A DNA stretch of 62,846 nt, counting the filler, from Octopus bimaculoides (taxonomy: Eukaryota), in assembly GCF_001194135.2 (NCBI RefSeq). It is 5 parts of 3 records of this genome, joined end to end, with 100 filler letters (N's around TTAATTAATTAA, not from the genome) between each part and the next. Parts side by side here need not be neighbours in the genome. Positions count along the whole stretch, not along the records: positions 41,230 to 54,190 come from NC_069007.1; positions 54,291 to 62,846 come from NC_069000.1; 3 more parts are not named here. One strand, 5' to 3'. Shown here piece after piece: positions 53,392-62,846 of the stretch. Positions within the stretch are counted from its first letter, which is position 1. The number at the start of each line of letters is the position of its first letter. A model generated the notes under the pieces. That model was not told the DNA's origin, did not search any database, and saw only the letters and a list, made by a program, of their open reading frames with translations. A program made the translations under genes and the position numbers.

Positions 53392-54190
53392 GAGTTACTC
53401 CGATGGCTATTCGAACCATGTATGACCCGACCCGTTTTGTAAGGAAAGGTTTGTTAAAATAAAAATTACTTTCTTTCTAATATTGAGTTTAATTTCCGTT
53501 ATGCATTCTTTAGTTATTATTGAATGGTTTGGGAGTTCGTTTGCCAGCCACGACTTCCTTGGCTGGCATCCTGTCGTTTTCTGTAACCTCGGATCGCCTC
53601 ACACCTTGTGCTTAGAAATGGATTGAGGGGAAAACTATACGGAAGCTCTTACGGTGGATTGTACCCGTAAGTTGAAAGGCACAGCCATTTCGCACACTGT
53701 GTCTGATTCTACCTGAGAATTCGATTAAGGGTACATATGTCAATGAAATATTAACCCTTTAAATAAACCATTATTATCCAGTGTCGACAGCGGCAAGCAA
53801 GGAGAATCACTACTACGCCGGATAAAATGCTTACCGGCATTTCGTCCGTCTTTACGCTCTGAGTTCAAATTCCACCGAGGTCGACTTTGGCCTACATCAT
53901 TTCAGGGTCGATAAAATAAGTACCAGTGGAACACTGAGGTCGTTGTAATCGACTTATCTTTCACCCTAAAATTGCTGACCTTGTGCCAAAATTATTATTA
54001 TTATTATTATTGTTCAGTAGTTTTATTTTTATAACGTGCTTTCACTTCACTACCGAGCGCAGCTCTGTGCGCCTTGGGTATGTGCTGTGGTTTGCTGTGA
54101 TGCTCTTATGGTTACTGTATTGAAAGTGTTTTGCGTAGGATGTGTGCTGTGCCCAGTAGTGCAATTTTCTGTATGTTATATATATATATA

Positions 54191-54290
54191 NNNNNNNNNN
54201 NNNNNNNNNNNNNNNNNNNNNNNNNNNNNNNNNNTTAATTAATTAANNNNNNNNNNNNNNNNNNNNNNNNNNNNNNNNNNNNNNNNNNNN
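54191..54290. other. Artificial scaffold-joining spacer
   Basis: Same layout. Confidence 0.9.
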
Positions 54291-54658
54291 TCATGTTCCT
54301 TGGCATGTTTTATTCCAAGATCTATGAGTGTGGAGGGATATTGGCGTTGTAACAGTGTTTTTTTGAGATCTTGTAAGCGTATTTCTCGAGTGGTTGGGTC
54401 AGAGACAATGGTGCAAATTCTTTTAGCTAAATTAAAGGGGATATTTATCTTGGTGTGTTTTGGGTGGCATGAGCTAAAAAGGAGGTATTGTTGTGAGTCT
54501 GTAGGTTTGTGGTAGATGTCGGTTGTGATTTGGTTATTAGGTGTTTTTATGATTAAGAGATCAAGAAAAGGGAGATGATGTTTGCTGAATTCCATAGTGA
54601 ATTGAATGTTGGGATGTTTGTTATTAAGAATGGATTTGAATTCTAGAAGTTTTTCAAG
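54291..54658 (-). mobile_element. Penelope-like element reverse transcriptase C-terminal fragment
   Basis: LNNKHPNIQFTMEFSKHHLPFLDLLIIKTPNNQITTDIYHKPTDSQQYLLFSSCHPKHTKINIPFNLAKRICTIVS is the classic PLE RT thumb region. Confidence 0.9.
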
Positions 54659-56094
54659 CTGGCTAGGCAGGAACCTGCGCCATGCTTCTGTGTCTGTTTC
54701 AGCATGGTTTTTATGACTGGATGCCCTTCCTATCACCAACCACTCCGTAAAGTGGGCCGAGTGGTTTTTACAGAGTGGTTGGTGTTAGGAAGAGCATCCA
54801 GTCATAAAAAAAACCATGTTGGATGCCCTCACAGAAAGGTATAAATCCCAAAAGTTCATACTGCAGTGTCACCGATGAGATAGAAGAAAATTCATGAAGT
54901 CCTTCGTATGAGTCCAACCTGGACAGATAAGTTAAGATCCCAGGGAATCATAACTTAAACCTCACAAGTAAACTTGTGCCGATTCACATACATTCACCAG
55001 CACTAATCTACTTTATGCACATGAACACACAATGCATATTACTGCTTTCTCTGAACACTAAACCCAAGAAACAGCTGTGTAGGATTACCTGCATTCTCCA
55101 CTTTCTTACTGACAGAATAAATACATGCATGTGATATAAAGACAACGGTAGAATAAAAGAAATTAAAGATGGCAGTAGAATAAAAGAAATCCAACAACTA
55201 TATTAGTATTAAAACCATTATTTCGTTTTCATTTTCCCCATTTTATTGATTGCATTTAGATAATGACTATTTTGGGATTACCAATAAAGAGATGCACCCA
55301 AACTTTTTTTTGCCAATTTGCAAAATTTACTTCCATTCAGGGAAAATATTACAATTGTCCTTACAAAAACATCAAGAGGCATGTGACACCAACATGAAAT
55401 ACAATTGGTGATAATTCTTTCCTTTTCTGTGCATCAATATTTACTCTCTATCTGTTTTGTTTTTCATTTTAGAAAATATTTCCTTCAGTATTATATACAG
55501 GTGCAGGAATAGCTGTGTGGTAAGTAGCTTGCTTACCAACCACATGGTTCCAGGTTCATTCCCACTGTGTGGCACCTTGGGCATGTGTCTTCTACTATAN
55601 NNNNNNNNNTGGTTCCAGGTTCATTCCCACTGTGTGGCACCTTGGGCATGTGTCTTCTACTATAGCCTTGGGCCAACCAAAGCCTTGTGAGTGAATTTGG
55701 TAGACGGAAACCGAAAGAAGCCTGTCATATATGTATATATGTATGTGTGTGTGTGTTTGTGTGGCTGTGTTTGTCCCCCCAACATCGCTTGACAACCGAT
55801 GGTGGTATGTTTACATCTCCATAACTTAGTGGTTCGGCAAAAGACATAAAGGCATTGACTCTTATACACAGACATGCAGGAAGTAAATAGACACCTTTAA
55901 TTTTCAAAATTTCTGATTTATACGTCTTAATATGTTTTCAGCAGTGTAGAATTTACAATGTAATTATTCTTTTTCATTCCAAGTGCCATTAGATTAAACA
56001 TTTGCAAAGAGTAACCATGCCACACATAAAAAATTCAGCAAAACTGTCAGATTTTTAAAGAGGTTGTATTGTTGGGCAATATGAGGTTGGTCTT

Positions 56095-57055
56095 AGGCCA
56101 TGATCACGGTCTCACTTGGCTTGCTGGGTCTTCTCAAGCACAGCATATCTCCAAAGGTCTCGGTCACTTGTCAACTCCTCAGTGAGGCCAAATGTTCAAA
56201 GGTTGTGCTTCACCACCTCATCCCAGGTCTTCCTGGGTCTACCTCTTCCACAGGTTCCTTCTACTGCTAGAGTGTGACACTTTTTTTCACAGCTGGCCTC
56301 ATCCATATGCAACACATGACCATACCAGCTGACTCGTCTCTCTTGCACACCACATCTGATGCTTCTTAAGTCCAACTTTTCTCACATGGAACTTACACTC
56401 TGTTGTGTATGCACACTGACATTACACATCTAGCGGAGCATACTGGTTTCATTCCTTGCAAGATTATGCATGTCCTCAACAATCACAGCCCATGTTTCAC
56501 TGCCATGTAGCATAGCTGTTCGCACACATGCATCAAACAGTCTACCTTTTACTCTGAGCGAGAGGCCCTTTGTCACCAACAGAGGTAGGAGCTCTCTGAA
56601 CTTTGCCCAGGCTATTCTTATTCCAGCAGCTATTCTTTCAGAGCATCCACCCCCACTACTGACTTAGTCACCTAGGTAATGGAAGCTATCAACTACTCGT
56701 AGTTTTTCCCCCTGGAATGTGATGGGACCTATTTTCTGCATATTTTCAGTGTTTATTGCCCCTGAGCATTTGCCACACACAAAACTATCTTCCCAGTTAG
56801 CCTTCCTTTGATATTGCTGCACCTCTTATATGTCCATAGCTTACACTGGGTACATCTTATAGAGTTTCTACCTACACATTTTCTACAGATCGAGCAGAGC
56901 CATCTACCTGAAGGTATCTGTGGTTTGTCTGCCTTCCTACTTACTAAGACTTTGGTTTTTGCTGGTCTGAATCTAAGGCCCTTCGATTCTACACCTTGCT
57001 TCCACACCTGAAACTTCTGTAGTTCTGATAGTGACTCAGCTATTAGAGCTAAGTC
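56095..57055 (-). mobile_element. Degraded RTE-clade LINE 3' region
   Basis: WKQGVESKGLRFRPAKTKVLVS...CSICRKCVGRNSIRCTQCKLW and downstream LAVEGTCGRGRPRKTWDEVV; stops and frameshifts present. Confidence 0.8.
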
Positions 57056-58531
57056 ATCACCATATATGTATATATTTATGTTTGTGTCTGTGTGTGTCTG
57101 TGTTTATCCCCCACCATCACTTGACAACCGATGCTGGTGTGTTTATGTCCCCATAGCAGGTCGGCAAAGTGACGGACAGAATATGTACTAAACTTACAAA
57201 GAATAAGTCCTGGGATTGATTTCTTCGACTAAAACCCTTTAAGACAATGCTCTAGCATGAGCGCAATCAAATGACTGAAACAAGTAAAAGAATAAAAGAA
57301 AATAACGAATGCATTAAGATACATGTGCACATATACACATAGATGCACATACATGTGCAGATAGATATCCTAATCCACATATGCACTCCAATATATTTAT
57401 CACTCTCAATATGGCAGATATCAAGCTACAGCCATAAGACATCATACAATTGTGACATAATATCATTCTATTCTGATTTACTCTACAACTGGCAATAGCA
57501 ATAACATGAAGAATATTTTTGACTATGCTGAAGCCATAAATTGATTCCGTCTAACCTCTTTCCTTAAGTTTTCTTCTTCCATCTTCTTCCAACTGACCAT
57601 TTTCTTATGACAGTCTGATTTAGTGGAATATCTTGTTCCTGTTCCTCCTTCCTTTCTTTTTTTCTTTCTTTCTTTTGTGGTCTTTCATTTATATAAAAAC
57701 ATACATACATACATACATATGTATATATATATANNNNNNNNNNTCTTATGACAGTCTGATTTAGTGGAATATCTTGTTCCTGTTCCTCCTTCCTTTCTTT
57801 TTTTCTTTCTTTCTTTTGTGGTCTTTCATTTATATAAAAACATACATACATACATACATATATATATATATATACACACATATATATACATATTTATATA
57901 TACACATACACACACATATATATAGGCATACATATTGCTTTGTATCTTCCTCTCTTTCACCCTCTCGCTCTTACTCTCTCTCTCTCTCTCTCTCTCTACA
58001 CATATATATATACATACATATATAGAGAGAGAGAGGGAGAGAGAAAGAGAGTGATACATATACGCATACACATATGTGCGTGCATGTACACACACACACG
58101 CACTTATAAAACTTACCCTCTTCCTCCCAGCACCCACTTCCGACCGCTTTTCGCCTCTGTCCATCTTCCTCTCTGCTTATGGTTTTTCTTATAAAGCTCT
58201 TTTCTTCTGTTTCTCTTGTCTTTGTTTTTCCCTTTAACCTTACAGATATCAATGTATATCTATTCCTTTATTTATACATACATACACACATACACACACA
58301 CATGATATATATATGTGTATATATTCTTTTACTTGTTTCAGTCATTTGACTGCAGCCATCCTGGAGCACTACCTTTAGTTGAACAAATCGACCCCAGGGC
58401 TTATTTTTTGTAAGCCTAGTATTTATTCTATCAGTCTATTTTGCTGAACCGCTAAATTACAGAGTTGTAAACACACCAACATCGGTTGTCAAGTGATGGT
58501 GGGAGGACAAACAGACACACAAATATATACA

Positions 58532-58567
<36 letters not shown>

Positions 58568-58581
58568 TGTGTGTGTGTGTA

Positions 58582-58770
58582 TATTACAACAAGAATTGTG
58601 TATCTTGAACATAGAGTTACCCAAGGTTTCACATCCACAGAGCAAAGCCTTGTGGACAGCTCGTTAGACTCTATATAAATACAAAATTTAAAATATCTAT
58701 GTCGCTTTGCTTTGTGGATGCGAAACCTTGGGTAACTCTATGTCCAAGGTATAAAATTTTTGTTGTAATA
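58582..58770. repeat. Inverted repeat, about 67-bp arms
   Basis: 58582-58648 is the reverse complement of 58704-58770 with few mismatches. Confidence 0.9.
58611..58674 (-). ncRNA. Type I hammerhead ribozyme with a G5-to-A core substitution
   Basis: Minus strand: atagagt CTAACGA gctgtccaca-loop-tgtggatgt GAAA cc ttg gg TA actctat. Perfect 7-bp stem I; core differs from CTGACGA by one base. Confidence 0.65.
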
Positions 58771-58831
58771 ACTACTGTTCTATTCTTAAGAGTGTGCTTC
58801 TTACTGATGTTTTTTATCAACTGTATGTGTG

Positions 58832-58867
<36 letters not shown>

Positions 58868-59027
58868 GCTTCTTTCAGTTTCCATATACCAAATCCACTC
58901 ACAAGGCTTTAGTTGGGCTGAGGCTATAGCAGAAGACACTTGCCCAAGGTGCCATGTGGTTGGGAAGCAAGCTTCTTACCACACAGCTAAGCTTATAATA
59001 TATATGTGTTCATATACATAAATATAT

Positions 59028-59198
59028 GCAGGAGTGGCTATGTGGTAAGTAGTTTGCTTACAAACCACATGGTTCCAGGTTCAGTTCCACAGTGTGGCAC
59101 CCTGGGCAAGTGTCTTCTACTATAGCCTCGGGCTGACTGAAGCCTTGTGAGTGGATTTGGTAGACGGAAACTGAAAGAAGCCCATCGTATAGATATTA

Positions 59199-59246
<48 letters not shown>

Positions 59247-59470
59247 ATGTGTGTGTGTGTATGTGTGTTCTTGTGCATCTATGTTTGTCCCCCCACCATC
59301 GCTTGACAATCGATGTTGGTGTGTTTACATCCCCGTAACTTAGCGGTTTGGCAAAAGAGACTGATAGAATAAGTACTAGGCTTACAAAAAATAAGTCCTG
59401 GGGTCAATTTGTTTGACTAAAGGCAGTGCTTCAGCATGGCCGCATTTATATGACCGAAACAAATAAAAGA
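59028..59470 (+). mobile_element. Complete tRNA-derived SINE with internal microsatellite (family A)
   Basis: A-box tggctatgtgg and B-box ggttcagttcc, body, (TA/TG)n spacer, then a conserved 3' module ending gaaacaaataaaaga. Further copies near 733-915(-), 1930-2545, 3660-4010(-), 33880-34920(-), 35290-35650, 37960-38310, 55497-55850, 58330-58500(-), 58865-58990(-) and 60040-60550. Confidence 0.85.
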
Positions 59471-59853
59471 ATTAAATATTAAAGAGAATATGCATTATGA
59501 TACACATATGTGTATGGTATGTACATATGTCTTTGTGTGTGGGAAAGTGTATGGCTTAGTGGTTGGGGTAATAACCTCATGATTGTAAGATCATGTGTTC
59601 AATTCTCAGCAATGCATTGTGTCCTTCAGCAAGACACTTTATTTCATGTTGCTCCAGTCCACTCAGTTGGCAAAAATCAGTTGTACCTAAAGATCCAACC
59701 TTGTCACATTTTGTGTCACATTAAATCTCCCTGATAACTACATTAAGGGTACAAATGTCTGTGGTACTCAGCCACTTGCAAGTTAACTTCACAACCATTC
59801 CATGATCCGGTCAGCTAGAACACTTGTCGTAACCAACAGAGTACCAGTTATGC

Positions 59854-59967
<114 letters not shown>

Positions 59968-60177
59968 ACACTCACCCTTATTACATTCATATACCTGTAC
60001 ACTCTTTATTTTAACTGAGAACTGATGATGCGTTTAAGAAGTTTGCTTTGCTACCATATGGTTTCCAGTTCAATACCACTGCATGCCACCTTTGGTAAAT
60101 GCCTTGGGTCAACCAATAGCTTGTGCGGGAATCTGACGGACTGACACTGTATGGAAGCACATTGTATATTTTATATG

Positions 60178-60208
<31 letters not shown>

Positions 60209-60949
60209 ACATGCATGTGTGTAGGTGATGTCATGGCTTGTATAGTACAGAAGACCGTTTTACAAACCACATGGATTTGGTTGTTCAATCACATTGTATA
60301 GTACCGTGGATAAGTACTGTCCAATATAGCCCAGGGCCAACGAATGTGTCAGTGTTTGTCCCTCACCACCACTTGACAACTGGTGTTGGTGTGTTGATGT
60401 CCTCATAACTTAGAGGTTTGTCAAAGAAACCAATAGAATAAGTACCAGGCTTAAAAGAAAAAAACAATAATAATTATTAGTGTAGATTTATTTGACTAAA
60501 AATTCTTCAAGATGGTGCTCCAGCATGGTCACAGTCTAATGACTGAAAAGAATAAAAGAGATATTCCTTTAAAATTCGCTGCAGGCATGTCTTATTCATA
60601 ATGTCTAACATCCTGCTAACAGCTACATGTTGACAGCTTATAAAATACTTGTAAGATGAATTAATATTATCATTGTTATGGCTAAGGATGGGAATATTAA
60701 TAGGATGGACATATAATAACATAAAAGTAAAAATCTGTTACAATGAAATGGATTTGCAGAGACAAGGGACGATGTTAGCAGTATTGTTTCATACAATTGC
60801 TAGTAATAATACCATTCAAGTACTGGGAGATTGATTTGTCTAGTTATATTCTTCACTATTCTCAAAGCCGTGTGGCTTTGTGTCAATGGGAAAAATCGTT
60901 AATATGATTTATCATATTTCTTATGATTGTCATAAAAGTCTTCGTCGTC

Positions 60950-61270
60950 ATCATCATCATTTAACGTCTGTTTTTCATGCTGGCATGGGTTGGATGGTTT
61001 GACGTGGAGCTGGCCAGCCAATGAGTTGTCCGAACTCCAACTGTCTGTTGTAGCATGGTTTCTATGGCTGGATATCCTTCCCAATGCCAACGACTTTACA
61101 GAGTATGCTGGGTGCCTTTTACATGCCACTGGTATGGGTGTATTTATGTAGTACTTGCATGAGAGCATTTCATGTGGCACTGGCACCTATAAAGGAGAAG
61201 CCTGTATGTATGGATGACAGGGATTTTACTTAGCTTGGTGCATCTCTGAAGTACAGTAAATTGCCACATG
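60950..61270 (-). mobile_element. SINE/LINE-tail family C ending in (GAT)n
   Basis: Shares ttggcgttaggaagggcatccagc and ccaacccatgccagcatggaaa...ttaaatgatgatg with copies near 460-590, 925-1080, 2100-2245, 4930-5070, 33385-33550, 40580-40750 and 54660-54830. Confidence 0.75.
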
Positions 61271-61804
61271 ATAAATGTATACAGCATTTGGGCAAAATAA
61301 TGGTGACACCTTATTATTTAATCCTTTAGCATTTAAACTCACCAAATCTAGTTCAAATATTCTACATATTTTTACAGTCAAATTGGTAATATTGAACTTC
61401 TCACACATAAACTACACTAACATTCTAAAACTAAACAATCACATCTTTGAAACCTCAAAGCTATAAGATGATGCATGATTAATTCAAACAATTTGAATAA
61501 AAAAGCATTACATTTGACTGAGTCACCTGAATGCTAAATGGTTAATACAGAGCTGGTCCAACTTTGGCAACAATTACAACTTTGATATGTCAAGGGATAA
61601 GGCAGTGAGTGGGAAAAAGTTTTAACATGCCAGATGAACTGCTTAGCAGTATTTTAGTCATCTTTATGTTCTGAGTTCAAATTTCCATCTACCAAATCTA
61701 CTCACAATGCCTTGGTCAGCCCAAGGCAATAGTAGAAGACACTTGCCCAAGGTGCCATGCAGTGGGACTGAACCCGGAACCATGTGGTTGGGAAGGAAGT
61801 TAAA

Positions 61805-61865
61805 GAATGGGAGCTGCCTATACTGCTAAGTGCTTTATAGATGAGAAACCAATGGTCACCCAATG
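61805..61865 (+). ncRNA. Hammerhead remnant lacking most of the CUGANGA box
   Basis: ctata...tatag atga GAAA cc aat gg TC. Downstream flank is homologous to 62343-62425. Confidence 0.45.
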
Positions 61866-62111
61866 ACCAGCCATGGTATTTAACTTCTCAAAAAAGTATA
61901 TGACTGCTCTAATGTTTTAGAGTGTGCTTCTTTCTTGGCTATATAAACTACTGATGATGTGTGTGTGTGTGTTTCTTGATATGATTCTTCTGAGTGTCCT
62001 CTACACTATTTTATAAGGAAGCCTCTGCAAGCATAGATAATGTAGCAGCATGTGCCTGACATGATAGTATCTTTTCCATGATAATTCTGTTAATATTTAT
62101 TTCAAGAAGAT

Positions 62112-62253
62112 TGAAATGAAGGAAATAAAACAAAGTTAACTATCAAAATATGTATTCTTTATTCCAACATAAAAACCTTTCCCATGGCCTTATGTTGGAA
62201 TAAAGAATACATATTTGGATTGTTAACTTTGTTGTTTTATTTCCTTCATTTCA
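62112..62253. repeat. Hairpin with about 61-bp arms and a 17-nt loop
   Basis: tgaaatgaaggaaataaaac...ccaacataa pairs with ttatgttgg...gttttatttccttcatttca. Confidence 0.92.
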
Positions 62254-62294
62254 TATCTATCCTCCATATTTTTAAGAGGTCATGGGCCAACAGG

Positions 62295-62365
62295 TTTTTG
62301 AGATCTGATGATATGCCATAAAGCTAACCCCTTTATGGATGAGAAACCTAAGGTAATCCCATAAA
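62295..62365 (+). ncRNA. Type I hammerhead ribozyme, catalytic core intact
   Basis: Stem I tttttgagat/atcccataaa; CTGATGA 62305-62311; stem II ccataaag/ctttatgg; GAAA 62343-62346; stem III A-CC-taa-GG-T; predicted GUA cleavage after 62355. Confidence 0.75.
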
Positions 62366-62460
62366 CTGGCCTTCCCCAATTTTTAATATATACTGCTCTT
62401 CATCTTAGAGTGTGCTTCTTCTTCCAGATTTATGTTTTTACAAACGATATACATACATAC

Positions 62461-62493
<33 letters not shown>

Positions 62494-62846
62494 AATAGAT
62501 AGATAGGTAGATAGATAGATAGATAAATAGATAGATAAATAGATAGATAGATAGATAGATAGATAGGTAGATAGATAGATAGATAGATAGATAGATACAT
62601 ACATACATACATACATACATACAGACATACATACATACATACATACATACAGACAGACAGACAGACATACATACATATATATGGTACCTTCACACAATCC
62701 TCGGGTGTGAAAGCACCATACATACATATATATGTATATATATGGGAGAATATACAAATAATAACAACAGACGAGGACAGGTGGTGTAAATAACAAAAGT
62801 ATATATTAGTATGACGCTCGGGAATACGGAAAGTCTTTGACGTTTC

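Noticed and set aside
55556-55660. Direct duplication around a 10-N gap
   Set aside because: Identical sequence on both sides of a small gap indicates unmerged contig overlap.
57600-57860. About 120-bp direct duplication around a 10-N gap
   Set aside because: Same assembly-overlap signature.

Overview
AT-rich, microsatellite-saturated animal genomic DNA with many N gaps. Repeat style and gene content point to an octopus/cephalopod draft assembly (inference). Four identical 100-bp spacers (44 N + TTAATTAATTAA + 44 N) split the window into five scaffold-like segments, so adjacency across them is not trustworthy. Three partial spliced genes are recognisable: Mind bomb 2 (MIB2, minus strand, 3 exons, one GC-AG intron), a PITPNM/rdgB-type lipid transfer protein (plus strand, 3 firm exons and 1 probable), and a CCAP/neuropeptide-S-type GPCR (plus strand, 5 exons, TM4 to stop). 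The rest is SINEs, RTE and R4/Dong-like LINE pieces, mariner and maT transposase remnants, a Helitron helicase tail, and Penelope-like (PLE) RT and GIY-YIG fragments. The most striking unannotated signal is about ten minimal type I hammerhead-ribozyme-like motifs, probably PLE-derived. Several sit inside or at the apex of long fold-back hairpins in host introns, and one pair is in tandem 498 nt apart, a retrozyme-like layout. Gene calls rest on remembered family motifs plus splice phase consistency; ribozyme calls rest on manual folding and are untested. Repeat boundaries are approximate.
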